DNA of 64,000 nucleotides from Moraxellaceae bacterium. Lineage in GTDB: Bacteria > Pseudomonadota > Gammaproteobacteria > Burkholderiales > Rhodocyclaceae. The position numbers were made by a program, and so were the translations under genes. Within the stretch, counting starts at the first letter, position 1. Each line of letters starts with the position of its first letter. The notes under the pieces were generated by a model that was not told the origin of the DNA, did no database searches, and saw nothing but the letters and a program-made list of their open reading frames with translations. Positions 1 to 9,507 of the stretch are shown here, piece after piece. Location: the NCBI GenBank assembly GCA_031119205.1, contig JAVHYF010000010.1, positions 49,371-113,370 of the forward strand, in the 5' to 3' direction.

Positions 1-302
1 TGATGGCGACTTTCCTGCGCCAGGAGTTCACCCGTAGCTGGCTGTCCAGGGTTGCGGCCTTCGTGGCGTTACCGGCGCTCAAGCGTTTCAAACGCCGTGT
101 GGACCATCGTCGCTACAATGGCGCCTGTCTGCTCGGACTGCGTGGCGTGGTGGTGAAGAGCCACGGTTCTGCCGATGCGATGGCTTTCACGATGGCCTTG
201 CGCCGGGCTGCCGAGGCTGCACGCAACCAGCTCATCGCGCGTATCGAACATCGCATGAACGATTACATGGCCCAGCATCGGGCCGTCGCTGAGACCGCAT
301 GA
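1..302 (+). CDS. plsX: Phosphate acyltransferase PlsX, C-terminal part (gene starts before the window)
   Basis: Motif [21 protein letters not shown]; stop overlaps the fabH start. Confidence 0.93.
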   Translation, partial: MATFLRQEFTRSWLSRVAAFVALPALKRFKRRVDHRRYNGACLLGLRGVVVKSHGSADAMAFTMALRRAAEAARNQLIARIEHRMNDYMAQHRAVAETA

Positions 303-1264
303 TCTTTTCCCGAATCGTTGGTACGGGCGGCTATGTGCCTGGCGCGCCGGTGTCGAACAATGATCTCGTCTCGCGTGGCATCGACACGTCCGACGAGTGG
401 ATCGTCGAGCGCACCGGTATCCGTGCGCGCTACCTGGCCGGGAAGGACGTGCGCACCAGTGCGCTGGCGGCTGAGGCGGCGCGACGTGCTCTCGATGCAG
501 CGGGTGTCGCTGCGTCAGATATCGACCTGGTGGTGCTCGCATCGACGACGCCGGACATGGTTTTCCCGAGCACGGCCTGCCTGGTGCAGAACGAGCTGGG
601 TATTCCGGCCGGAGCTACTGCTTTCGATGTGCAGGCCGTGTGCAGTGGTTTCGTGTATGCACTGACGGTTGCGGACAAGTTCATCCGCTCCGGTTCGCAC
701 AAGCGCGCGCTAATCATCGGTGCCGAGACGCTGTCGCGCATCGTGGACTGGAAGGATCGCTCGACCTGTGTCCTGTTCGGTGATGGTGCCGGCGCGGTGG
801 TGCTGGCGGCTGATGACAAGCCCGGCATCCTTTCCTCTGCATTGCATGCGGATGGCTCCCAGCACCAGATACTCAATACCTCCGGGCAGATCGCTGGTGG
901 TGAGATCGTGGGGTCGCCCTTCCTGCGTATGGATGGTCAGGCGGTCTTCAAGCAGGCAGTGAAGGTGCTCGGCGATGTCGGTCAGGAAGTGCTGGATCTG
1001 GCTGGTGTGACGCTGGACGAACTCGACTGGCTGATTCCGCACCAGGCCAATATCCGCATCATGCAATCGGTGGCAAAGCGCCTGAAGGTCCCGGCCGAGC
1101 GTATGGTCGTCACCGTGGATGTGCATGGCAATACTTCGGCGGCCTCCGTGCCGCTGGCGCTCGACGTCGCCGTGCGCGACGGTCGCATCCGCCCGGGTCA
1201 GCTGGTGATGCTGCAGGGGGTTGGTGGCGGTTTCACCTGGGGCGCTGTGCTGGCTCGCGTCTGA
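299..1264 (+). CDS. fabH: 3-oxoacyl-ACP synthase III
   Basis: AVCSGF catalytic Cys, PHQANIRI His, HGNTSAAS Asn, GGGFTWG. Confidence 0.97.
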   Translation: MIFSRIVGTGGYVPGAPVSNNDLVSRGIDTSDEWIVERTGIRARYLAGKDVRTSALAAEAARRALDAAGVAASDIDLVVLASTTPDMVFPSTACLVQNELGIPAGATAFDVQAVCSGFVYALTVADKFIRSGSHKRALIIGAETLSRIVDWKDRSTCVLFGDGAGAVVLAADDKPGILSSALHADGSQHQILNTSGQIAGGEIVGSPFLRMDGQAVFKQAVKVLGDVGQEVLDLAGVTLDELDWLIPHQANIRIMQSVAKRLKVPAERMVVTVDVHGNTSAASVPLALDVAVRDGRIRPGQLVMLQGVGGGFTWGAVLARV

Positions 1265-1287
1265 GCGTCGGTGCGCTCGTCACAAGG

Positions 1288-2223
1288 ATGTCTGATATGA
1301 AATTCGCATTTGTCTTCCCGGGCCAGGGCTCGCAGGCGGTCGGCATGATGTCGGCTTATGCTGACTTCGCTGTCGTGCGCGAAACCTTCGATGAGGCCTC
1401 GTCCGCGCTCGGTTTTGATTTGTGGGCGATGGTGGCGGATGGCCCTGCCGAATTGCTGGCCCAGACTGTGAATACCCAGCCGATCATGCTTACCGCGGGT
1501 GTCGCGGTGTGGCGCGCCTGGCAATCGCTCGGCGCTCCTGCCCCGGCAGTGGTGGCAGGGCACAGTCTTGGCGAATACGCTGCGCTGGTTGCTGCCGGCG
1601 CGATCGATTTCAAGGATGCCGTGCCGCTCGTGCGTTTCCGCGCACAGGCCATGCAGGAAGCCGTGCCGGCCGGTGAAGGCGGGATGGCTGCAATCCTGAA
1701 TCTGGCGCCGGAAGAGGTAGCAGCTGCGTGTGCCGAGGCGGCCCAAGGCCAGATCGTTGGCGCGGCCAATCTGAATTCGCCGGTACAGATCGTGATCGCG
1801 GGCCATGCGGCTGCCGTAGAGCGTGCGATGGAAGCCTGCAAGGTGCGTGGTGCCAAGCGTGCCGTGCCGCTGCCGGTCAGTGCGCCTTTCCATTGCGAGT
1901 TGATGCGTCCGGCTGCGGAACGTCTGGCAGCGCGTCTTGCCGAAGTGGAGTTCCGCGCGCCCGCCATTCCGGTCTTGAACAACGTCGATGTGGCCGTCGA
2001 GAGCGATCCGGCCCGCATCCGTGATGCTTTGGTGCGCCAGGCTTACAGCCCGGTCCGCTGGATCGAGACGGTTCAGGCCATGCATGCGCAAGGCGTCACA
2101 CGAGTGGCCGAATGCGGCCCGGGCAAGGTGCTGGCGGGTCTGGTCAAGCGCATCGAAGCTTCGCTGGAAGTCGATGCGCTGACCGATGCCGACTCAGTCC
2201 GCCGTCTGCGCGAAGCGCTGTAA
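1288..2223 (+). CDS. fabD: Malonyl-CoA:ACP transacylase
   Basis: FPGQGSQ, GHSLGEY nucleophile, VSAPFHC. Confidence 0.97.
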   Translation: MSDMKFAFVFPGQGSQAVGMMSAYADFAVVRETFDEASSALGFDLWAMVADGPAELLAQTVNTQPIMLTAGVAVWRAWQSLGAPAPAVVAGHSLGEYAALVAAGAIDFKDAVPLVRFRAQAMQEAVPAGEGGMAAILNLAPEEVAAACAEAAQGQIVGAANLNSPVQIVIAGHAAAVERAMEACKVRGAKRAVPLPVSAPFHCELMRPAAERLAARLAEVEFRAPAIPVLNNVDVAVESDPARIRDALVRQAYSPVRWIETVQAMHAQGVTRVAECGPGKVLAGLVKRIEASLEVDALTDADSVRRLREAL

Positions 2224-2242
2224 CAAGAACAGGGAGAATGCG

Positions 2243-2992
2243 ATGCAAACGAGTCTGCAGGGTCAGGTAGCGCTGGTGACCGGCGCAAGCCGCGGTATCG
2301 GGCGTGAGATTGCACTGGTACTGGGTCGTGCCGGCGCGACGGTGATCGGCACCGCCACCAGCGAAAGTGGCGCGGCCGCAATTTCGGCTGCGCTGACCGA
2401 GGCAGGTGTGGCGGGCCGTGGCCTGATGCTGAACGTGACTGACGCCGAGGCTTGCGAGGCAGCGATTGGCGGCATCGAGAAAGAGTTCGGTTCGGTCGGC
2501 GTGCTGGTGAACAATGCAGGCATCACGCGCGACAACATCGCGATGCGCATGAAGGACGACGAATGGGATGCGGTGATGGACACCAATCTCAAGGCCGTCT
2601 TCCGTATGTCGCGCCTCGTCATGCGCGGCATGATGAAGGCCCGCACCGGCCGCATCATCAACATCACTTCGGTGGTGGGTAGCTCCGGCAATCCGGGCCA
2701 GGCCAACTACGCGGCAGCCAAGGCTGGTGTGGGCGGCATGACCCGCGCGCTGGCCCGCGAGCTGGGCAGCCGCAACATCACGGTCAATTGCGTGGCGCCC
2801 GGCTTCATCGACACCGATATGACCCGCGAACTGCCGGACGCCCAGCGCGACGCGCTGCAAGGCCAGATCGCGCTGGGCCGCCTGGGCCGTCCGGAGGAGA
2901 TTGCCGCCGTGGTTGCGTTCCTTGCGTCACCGGCGGCAAGCTACGTGACCGGCGCCACCTTGCACGTCAACGGCGGTATGTACATGGTCTGA
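2243..2992 (+). CDS. fabG: 3-oxoacyl-ACP reductase
   Basis: TGASRGIG, NNAGITRD, YAAAK; ATG 2243 follows the SD-like AGGGAG. Confidence 0.97.
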   Translation: MQTSLQGQVALVTGASRGIGREIALVLGRAGATVIGTATSESGAAAISAALTEAGVAGRGLMLNVTDAEACEAAIGGIEKEFGSVGVLVNNAGITRDNIAMRMKDDEWDAVMDTNLKAVFRMSRLVMRGMMKARTGRIINITSVVGSSGNPGQANYAAAKAGVGGMTRALARELGSRNITVNCVAPGFIDTDMTRELPDAQRDALQGQIALGRLGRPEEIAAVVAFLASPAASYVTGATLHVNGGMYMV

Positions 2993-3058
2993 GCGGCATG
3001 CCGCTCAGTATGTGAGTGAGCAGAAGCCCGGAGTTGCCTGAAGATGGCCTTGGGTTTC

Positions 3059-3067
3059 TGCTAGAAT
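3059..3067 (+). promoter_or_regulatory. Extended -10 promoter element upstream of acpP
   Basis: TG-C-TAGAAT ending 46 nt before the acpP ATG; no clear -35. Confidence 0.5.
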
Positions 3068-3113
3068 GCGAGAGTTTTTCTCGAACTATCCGATTACAGG
3101 GAAGGAGCGATTC

Positions 3114-3356
3114 ATGGAGAACGTTGAGCAGCGCGTACGTAAGATCGTCGCCGAGCAACTGGGTGTTAACGAGGCGGAGATCAAGAACGAGTCTTCGTTC
3201 GTGGACGATCTGGGCGCCGATTCGCTCGATACCGTCGAGCTGGTGATGGCTCTCGAAGAAGAATTCGAGTGCGAGATCCCCGACGAAGAAGCAGAAAAGA
3301 TCACCACCGTTCAGCAAGCCATTGACTACGTCACGGCGCATCTGAACAAGGCCTGA
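3114..3356 (+). CDS. acpP: Acyl carrier protein
   Basis: [20 protein letters not shown]; SD GAAGGAG before ATG 3114. Confidence 0.98.
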   Translation: MENVEQRVRKIVAEQLGVNEAEIKNESSFVDDLGADSLDTVELVMALEEEFECEIPDEEAEKITTVQQAIDYVTAHLNKA

Positions 3357-3396
3357 TCAGGCTGTTTCACCACGTCAAATTGCCAGGAGTCGAGCG

Positions 3397-4635
3397 TTGT
3401 CGCGTCGTCGCGTAGTCATCACTGGGTTGGGCATCATCTCGCCCGTTGGAAACACCGTCGCCACCGCATGGGACAACATCCTCAACGCTCGCTCCGGCAT
3501 CGCGCGCATCGCGCGCTTTGACGCCTCCTCGCTGACGACGCAGATCGCCGGCGAGGTCAAGGATTTCGACGTGGCGGCCTATCTTTCCACGAAAGAAGCG
3601 CGCCGCTACGACACCTTCATCCATTTCGGCCTGGCGGCCGCCATCGACGCCCTGAAGGATGCCGGCATCGAGGCGAATCCCGCGTTTGCCGAGCAGGTGG
3701 GGGTGTGCATCGGTTCTGGCATCGGCGGCCTGCCGATGATCGAAGCAACCGGTAACGACGTGGCTGCAGGCGGGCCACGCAAAATTTCGCCGTTCTTCGT
3801 GCCGGGTTCGATCATCAACATGATTTCCGGCATCCTGTCGATCAACTATGGCTTCAAGGGTCCGAACTTCGCGACCGTGAGTGCCTGCGCGACGGGTAAC
3901 CATTCCATCGGTGAAGCACAGCGGCTGATCGAGTACGGCGATGCCGATGTGATGGTCGCGGGTGGTGCCGAGTCCACCGTTTCCATGCTGGGCATGGGCG
4001 GTTTCTGCGCCGCAAAGGCTTTGTCGACCCGCAACGATGATCCGGCAACGGCCAGCCGTCCCTGGGACGTGGGTCGCGATGGTTTCGTGCTGGGTGAAGG
4101 CGCAGGCGTGGTGGTGCTGGAGGAGTACGAGCACGCGAAGGCTCGTGGCGCCAAGATCTATTGTGAAGTCGCTGGCTACGGTATGAGTTCGGATGCCTAC
4201 CACATCACTGCTCCCAGTGAAGGTGGCGAAGGCGCGTCCCGCAGCATCCTCAACGCGCTGCGTAACGGCAAGACTGCTGCCGACGAGATCGACTATGTGA
4301 ACGCGCATGGTACGTCCACGCCGCTGGGTGATATCGCCGAGACGCTGGCAGTCAAGCGCGCGTTCGGTGATGGTGCGAAGCGTCTCGCGATCAGTTCCAC
4401 CAAATCGATGACCGGCCACCTGCTTGGGGCTGCTGCCGGGATCGAGGCGGTTTTCACGGCGCTGGCCATCCGTGATCAGGTTGCGCCGCCGACTGCCAAC
4501 CTGCGCGAGATCGATCCGCAATGCGATCTGGATTACGTGCCGCTGGTGGCGCGCCCGATGCCGATCCGTGCAGCCTTGTCCAATTCCTTCGGTTTTGGCG
4601 GCACCAACAGCACGCTGGTGTTCCGCAAGATCTGA
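3397..4635 (+). CDS. fabF: 3-oxoacyl-ACP synthase II
   Basis: SACATG, NAHGTSTPLGD, KSMTGHLLGAA, NSFGFGGTN; TTG start. Confidence 0.97.
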   Translation: MSRRRVVITGLGIISPVGNTVATAWDNILNARSGIARIARFDASSLTTQIAGEVKDFDVAAYLSTKEARRYDTFIHFGLAAAIDALKDAGIEANPAFAEQVGVCIGSGIGGLPMIEATGNDVAAGGPRKISPFFVPGSIINMISGILSINYGFKGPNFATVSACATGNHSIGEAQRLIEYGDADVMVAGGAESTVSMLGMGGFCAAKALSTRNDDPATASRPWDVGRDGFVLGEGAGVVVLEEYEHAKARGAKIYCEVAGYGMSSDAYHITAPSEGGEGASRSILNALRNGKTAADEIDYVNAHGTSTPLGDIAETLAVKRAFGDGAKRLAISSTKSMTGHLLGAAAGIEAVFTALAIRDQVAPPTANLREIDPQCDLDYVPLVARPMPIRAALSNSFGFGGTNSTLVFRKI

Positions 4636-4641
4636 CGCAGC

Positions 4642-5121
4642 TTGGCTGTCAGCCGACACGCGCCGAATTTCCCGCCTCTGCGGGTGTCGGCGCGTTTTTC
4701 ATTGGGACTGCGACTGGCTGTTGTTGCTTCCCATTTGCTGCCATTGCTGGCGTGTCTGGGAAATGGCGTACCGCTCTGGGTGCGTATGGCAGTCGGTCTG
4801 GCGGTGTTGATGTCCGGCGTAATGGCGTGGCGCAAGGTGCGTGCGGCTGATGGCCTGCTGCTGGAATGGCTCAGTGGCCGACGTCTTCGGCTGCACCGTG
4901 GCAGCATCATTGAAGAAGCGAGGGTCGCACGGGCTTCGGTCGATCTGGGTGTGTGCCTGGTGCTGGTGTGGGAGTCTGCGGAGCGCACTGCCCGCTCAGG
5001 CCATGCGCGTTGCGTGCTGACCCGCGGCGGGGTAGGGGGCGATGCGTGGCGCGGTTTGCGTGCCCGGCTGCGCTGGGACGTGGCGTCTGACTCTTCCGCG
5101 GAAGGCGGGCGCGCGACCTGA
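4642..5121 (+). CDS. YgfX-like small inner-membrane protein
   Basis: Two N-terminal hydrophobic helices and C-terminal DAWRGLRARLRW resembling YgfX; lies next to nadB; start uncertain. Confidence 0.55.
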   Translation: MAVSRHAPNFPPLRVSARFSLGLRLAVVASHLLPLLACLGNGVPLWVRMAVGLAVLMSGVMAWRKVRAADGLLLEWLSGRRLRLHRGSIIEEARVARASVDLGVCLVLVWESAERTARSGHARCVLTRGGVGGDAWRGLRARLRWDVASDSSAEGGRAT

Positions 5122-5159
5122 GTTGTCCCTGCTTTCAGGCGTCCGGTCTTGCCGATGTG

Positions 5160-6770
5160 TCAGCCGAGCACCCAGCTCCGCTGCCGTCCTGGGCGGCGCG
5201 GGTTGCGCAATACGGTCGGGCGGCTCCGCTTGAGAGTCTGCGGATAATCGCGCGAGAAGTGCAGGCCGCGGCTTTCCTTGCGCCTGAGGGCGCTGCGCAC
5301 GATGAGGTCTGCCGTGACGACGAGATTGCGCAGTTCGATCAGGTCGTTGCTGACGCGGAAGTTGGCGTAGTACTCGTCGATCTCGCGCCGGAGCAGACGA
5401 ATACGATGCTGCGCCCGCTCCAGTCGTTTGTTGGTGCGCACAATGCCGACGTAGTCCCACATGAAGCGTCGCAGCTCTTCCCAGTTGTGAGCGATGACCA
5501 CTTCTTCGTCGGCATCCGAGACCCGGCTTTCGTCCCATGCGGGCAGCATGTCCGAGACCTTCCGGGGGTTGGCGATGATGTCCTGCGCCGCGGCTTTACT
5601 GAACACCACGCATTCCAGCAGTGAGTTGCTGGCGAGGCGGTTGGCGCCGTGCAGGCCGGTGTATGCGGTTTCGCCGATGGCATACAGGCCCGGCACGTCG
5701 GTGCGAGCCTTGAGGTCCACAGCCACGCCGCCGCAGGAATAGTGCGCGGCAGGCACCACCGGAATCGGCTGGTGGCTGATGTCGATGCCCAGTTCGGCGC
5801 AGCGCGCCAGGATGTTCGGAAAGTGCTCGTGCAGGAACTCGGGCGACTTGTGGCTGATATCGAGGAATACGCTGTCCAGGCCGCGCTTCTTCATCTCGAA
5901 GTCGATCGCGCGGGCCACGACGTCGCGCGGGGCCAACTCGGCGCGTGGGTCGTGCTGCGGCATGAAGCGTGTGCCGTCCGGCAGTTTCAGCAGGCCGCCC
6001 TCGCCGCGGACAGCTTCCGAGATCAGGAAGGATTTGGCTTGCGGGTGGTACAGACAGGTGGGGTGGAACTGGATGAACTCCATGTTCGCCACACTGCAGC
6101 CGGCACGCCAGGCCATGGCCACGCCGTCACCGGTCGCAGTATCCGGGTTGGTGGTGTACAGATAGACCTTGCCGGTTCCGCCCGTTGCCAGCACCGTGTG
6201 GGCGGCGGCAAACGGGTGGATGTGTCCTTTGTCGATATCCAGCAGATAGGCGCCCAGGCAGCCGGCGTCCGGCTTGCCGATCTTGTCGCCGACGATCAGG
6301 TCGACGGCGATGTGGCGCTCGAAGATGCGGATGTTCGGATGGCGGCGGACGCGGTCGATCAGTGTTTCCTGGACGGCCGCACCGGTAGCGTCCGCAACGT
6401 GCACGATGCGACGATGGCTGTGGCCCCCTTCGCGGGTCAGGTGCATGCCCCAGGGCGTATCGTCAGCCGGGGTGAACGGCACGCCTTGATCGCGCAGCCA
6501 CTGGATGGCGGCGTTGCCGTGTTCGACGACGAAGCGGGTGGCGGCCGGATCGCAGAGCTCCGCGCCAGCGACCATGGTGTCATCGAAGTGGGATTTGGTG
6601 GAGTCTGCTGGATCGATGACGGCAGCGATGCCGCCCTGGGCCCACGCGCTGGCGCTGTCTTCGATGTGACGTTTTGTGACGATCGCTACGCGCCGGCTGT
6701 CGGCCAGACGCAGGGCCAGCGACTGGCCGGCCAGTCCACTGCCAAGGATGAGGACATCGAACTGCTGCAC
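5160..6770 (-). CDS. nadB: L-aspartate oxidase
   Basis: GSGLAG FAD motif, [39 protein letters not shown]; divergent from rpoE. Confidence 0.97.
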   Translation of the reverse strand: MQQFDVLILGSGLAGQSLALRLADSRRVAIVTKRHIEDSASAWAQGGIAAVIDPADSTKSHFDDTMVAGAELCDPAATRFVVEHGNAAIQWLRDQGVPFTPADDTPWGMHLTREGGHSHRRIVHVADATGAAVQETLIDRVRRHPNIRIFERHIAVDLIVGDKIGKPDAGCLGAYLLDIDKGHIHPFAAAHTVLATGGTGKVYLYTTNPDTATGDGVAMAWRAGCSVANMEFIQFHPTCLYHPQAKSFLISEAVRGEGGLLKLPDGTRFMPQHDPRAELAPRDVVARAIDFEMKKRGLDSVFLDISHKSPEFLHEHFPNILARCAELGIDISHQPIPVVPAAHYSCGGVAVDLKARTDVPGLYAIGETAYTGLHGANRLASNSLLECVVFSKAAAQDIIANPRKVSDMLPAWDESRVSDADEEVVIAHNWEELRRFMWDYVGIVRTNKRLERAQHRIRLLRREIDEYYANFRVSNDLIELRNLVVTADLIVRSALRRKESRGLHFSRDYPQTLKRSRPTVLRNPRRPGRQRSWVLG

Positions 6771-6845
6771 GCTGTGGTGTTCCGGGGGAATCCGAGGGCC
6801 GCGGGACTATATCACGGGGCCCGACGAGCCCTTTGTCCAAAGGCT

Positions 6846-6872
6846 GAACTTCCGTTGCGGGCCGCAGTCACA
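6846..6872 (+). promoter_or_regulatory. Sigma-E (RpoE/AlgU) type promoter upstream of rpoE
   Basis: GAACTT (6846-6851), 16-nt spacer, TCACA (6868-6872), matching the GAACTT-N16-TCAAA type consensus. Confidence 0.7.
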
Positions 6873-6954
6873 GGGGCAGGCTATGAAATGCCTTCGGCTA
6901 TACTCGGGCGGTTTTCCCGGGGAAGCATCCCGACAAGAACAATCACCCTAGCCG

Positions 6955-7554
6955 ATGAGCGACAGAGCAATTGACCAGCAGTTGGTCGAGCGCGCGCAGC
7001 GCGGTGACCAGCAGGCGTTCGGCCTGCTGGTGGCCAAGTACCAGCGCAAGCTTGCCCGCCTGTTATCACGCATGATCCGGGACCCTGCCGAGGTCGAGGA
7101 CGTGGCGCAGGAAGCCTTCATCAAGGCTTACCGTGCCTTGCCGTCATTCCGGGGAGACAGCGCGTTTTATACGTGGCTGTACCGGATTGGCGTAAATACG
7201 GCGAAGAACTATCTGGTGTCGCAGGGGCGCAGGGCTCCGACGACAACGGAAATCGCTTCGGAGGAGGCCGAAACCTTCGATGACGGCGATCAGCTGCGTG
7301 ACATCGACACGCCGGAACGTCTGCTTGTAACCAAGCAGATCGGCGAGACGGTCAACGCGGCGATGGAGGCTCTGCCTGAAGACTTGCGTACGGCGATCAT
7401 GCTGCGCGAGCTGGAGGGCCTGAGTTACGAAGAGATTGCGACGGTGATGGATTGTCCGATCGGCACGGTGCGTTCGCGCATCTTCCGTGCGCGAGAGGCG
7501 ATTGCAGAGCGCTTGAAGCCTTTGCTGGATGTGTCCCCTGATCAGCGGTGGTAA
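6955..7554 (+). CDS. rpoE: ECF sigma factor RpoE
   Basis: DVAQEAFIKAYRAL, FYTWLYRIGVNTAKNYL, CPIGTVRSRIFRAREAI. Confidence 0.97.
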   Translation: MSDRAIDQQLVERAQRGDQQAFGLLVAKYQRKLARLLSRMIRDPAEVEDVAQEAFIKAYRALPSFRGDSAFYTWLYRIGVNTAKNYLVSQGRRAPTTTEIASEEAETFDDGDQLRDIDTPERLLVTKQIGETVNAAMEALPEDLRTAIMLRELEGLSYEEIATVMDCPIGTVRSRIFRAREAIAERLKPLLDVSPDQRW

Positions 7555-7569
7555 CGAGGTGGTAAGGAA

Positions 7570-8109
7570 ATGAACGAACAACTGTCAGCCTGGCTCGATG
7601 GCGAACTGGATGCCGACTCCCTGGCGCGGACGACGGCGGGTCTGCGCCGTCAGCCTGAGGAGCGACGCACTTGTGAAACCTACTGGTTGATCGGCGACAC
7701 GCTGCGCGATGAGCCTGTGCTGTCGGCTGGCTTCAGTGCGCGCGTGATGGAAGCGTTGAAGAACGAACCCGTGGTGCTGGCGCCTGCAGCATTGCCGCAG
7801 CAACGCAAGATTGAGCCGAATCGCTGGATGGCCATGGCCGCTGCAAGCTGCGCGGTTCTCGTGGTGGCGTGGGCCGGCTTCTCGCTCGGCCCGGACGCTG
7901 CCGCACCCGCTGCGACGCCGATGCTGGCTGCGTCGCCGGCTCCGGGTGCTCAGGCCCGCCTGGTGGCAGCGCCCGCCCGCGATGTCATGCTGAGTGGTGA
8001 CCGAGCCTATCTGATTGCCCACCAGGCCTATGCCGGCGGTGCCCCGATGGCTGAGGTGGCTGGCTACGTCCGTACCGTATCCGACGAGTCTTCAGGGATC
8101 GCTCGATGA
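7570..8109 (+). CDS. rseA: Anti-sigma-E factor RseA/MucA
   Basis: EQLSAWLDGEL and YWLIGDTLR N-terminal motifs, one TM helix, YLIAHQ; position after rpoE. Confidence 0.9.
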   Translation: MNEQLSAWLDGELDADSLARTTAGLRRQPEERRTCETYWLIGDTLRDEPVLSAGFSARVMEALKNEPVVLAPAALPQQRKIEPNRWMAMAAASCAVLVVAWAGFSLGPDAAAPAATPMLAASPAPGAQARLVAAPARDVMLSGDRAYLIAHQAYAGGAPMAEVAGYVRTVSDESSGIAR

Positions 8110-9107
8110 CCGGTGTGCGCTGGCTGGCCGCACTGATGCTGGTGTGCGGCGCACAGGCTTTTGCCGCTGAGCCTTCCCATTCGCAGTCTGCTGCAGAGGC
8201 ATTGTCGCTCCTGCAGCGCATGAGCCAGGCAGCGAGAGGGCTCAACTACAGCGGTGTGTTCGTGTACCAGGTCAATGGTCGCACCGAGACATCCCGCATC
8301 ACGCACTTCTCGGATGCGACCGGCGAGCAGGAAAAGCTGGAAACGCTCGATGGCCCGGTGCGTGAAGTGATCCGCATCAAGGACGAAGTGCGCTGCTATC
8401 TGCCCAACGACAAGATGGTGGTGCTGGATCGCGCAGGTTCGGTGCGTTTTCCTGGCCGTGTGATTTCCATGGTCAGCGCTTTGCCCGAGCACTACGAAAT
8501 GCGTGTGGGTTCTCCGGTACGCATTGCCGGGCGCGATGCAGTGCAGTTGTCGCTGTTCCCGCGCGACGAGTTCCGCTACGGCTACAAGCTGTGGGCTGAC
8601 AAGGAGACCGGCTTGCTGTTGCGCGCGCGCCTGGTCAATGCCAAGGGCGATGTTCTGGAGCACTTCGGCTTCTCGGAAATCTCGCTGAACATCACGCCGG
8701 ACAAGGAAAAGGTACGGTCGCGCTATGCCGACCAGACTGACTGGGTCGTGGTCAATGCGCGAGGTGGCGATGTACGGCCGGACGACGTGCAGTGGACCTT
8801 CAAGGGCGTACCGCCGGGCTTCCGCCAGGTCTCGTCGATCCGTCGTCCCTTGCGCAAGGACGGTGCCGAGGCCTATCACGCAGTATTCTCCGATGGTCTT
8901 GCGAGCATTTCGGTTTTCGTCGAGCCGGCCGTGGAGTCCCGCGGCGTGACGCCGCAACCCAGCAACAGCGGACCGATCGGTATCTACAAGCGCATGTACG
9001 CCAGCCAGATGATCACCGCCATTGGAGAAGTGCCGATGGCTGCCCTGCAGGCCGCGGCAGATGGCGTCAGCCAGCGCGGCAGCAAGCCGGCGCGCAGCGT
9101 CCGTTGA
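8106..9107 (+). CDS. rseB: Periplasmic sigma-E regulator RseB/MucB
   Basis: Signal peptide, LNYSGVFVY, LETLDGPVREVIR, RYGYKLWADKETGLLL, FSDGLASISVFVE. Confidence 0.92.
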   Translation: MTGVRWLAALMLVCGAQAFAAEPSHSQSAAEALSLLQRMSQAARGLNYSGVFVYQVNGRTETSRITHFSDATGEQEKLETLDGPVREVIRIKDEVRCYLPNDKMVVLDRAGSVRFPGRVISMVSALPEHYEMRVGSPVRIAGRDAVQLSLFPRDEFRYGYKLWADKETGLLLRARLVNAKGDVLEHFGFSEISLNITPDKEKVRSRYADQTDWVVVNARGGDVRPDDVQWTFKGVPPGFRQVSSIRRPLRKDGAEAYHAVFSDGLASISVFVEPAVESRGVTPQPSNSGPIGIYKRMYASQMITAIGEVPMAALQAAADGVSQRGSKPARSVR

Positions 9108-9117
9108 TGGAATCCTG

Positions 9118-9498
9118 ATGCAGCTGGAGGCAGTCGTATCGAGGGTGGATGGCGAGCACACCTATGTGCGGGTCATCGAGGCCGGTGACAGTGCCCTCGA
9201 TCAGCTCTTCGGCCTCCAGGGCGTCGAGTACGCGGTGCTCAGCGAAGAGGCGGTCCAGCCTGGCGAAAAGGTGTTGATCCACATGCCGGAAGGCGCGCCG
9301 CGCAGCAGTCTGGCAAAGACCTGGCTGTTGCCTGTGGTGGCGCTGCTGGCCGGCGCGACTCTTGGGACCTGGGCGGCTGACTCCGACACCGGGACCCTTC
9401 TCGGCGGATTGCTGGGGCTGGGGTTTGCACTCACGGTCTGGCGGCTGGGGAAGGCGGAGCGCCGTCGCATGGCCCCGCGCATCATCGCGCTGCGCTAA
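9118..9498 (+). CDS. rseC: RseC/MucC-family membrane protein lacking the Cys motif
   Basis: Operon position; VQPGEKVLIHMPEG and LLPVVALLAG resemble RseC; two TM helices; no Cys in the ORF. Confidence 0.7.
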   Translation: MQLEAVVSRVDGEHTYVRVIEAGDSALDQLFGLQGVEYAVLSEEAVQPGEKVLIHMPEGAPRSSLAKTWLLPVVALLAGATLGTWAADSDTGTLLGGLLGLGFALTVWRLGKAERRRMAPRIIALR

Positions 9499-9507
9499 GC
9501 TGCGCGA

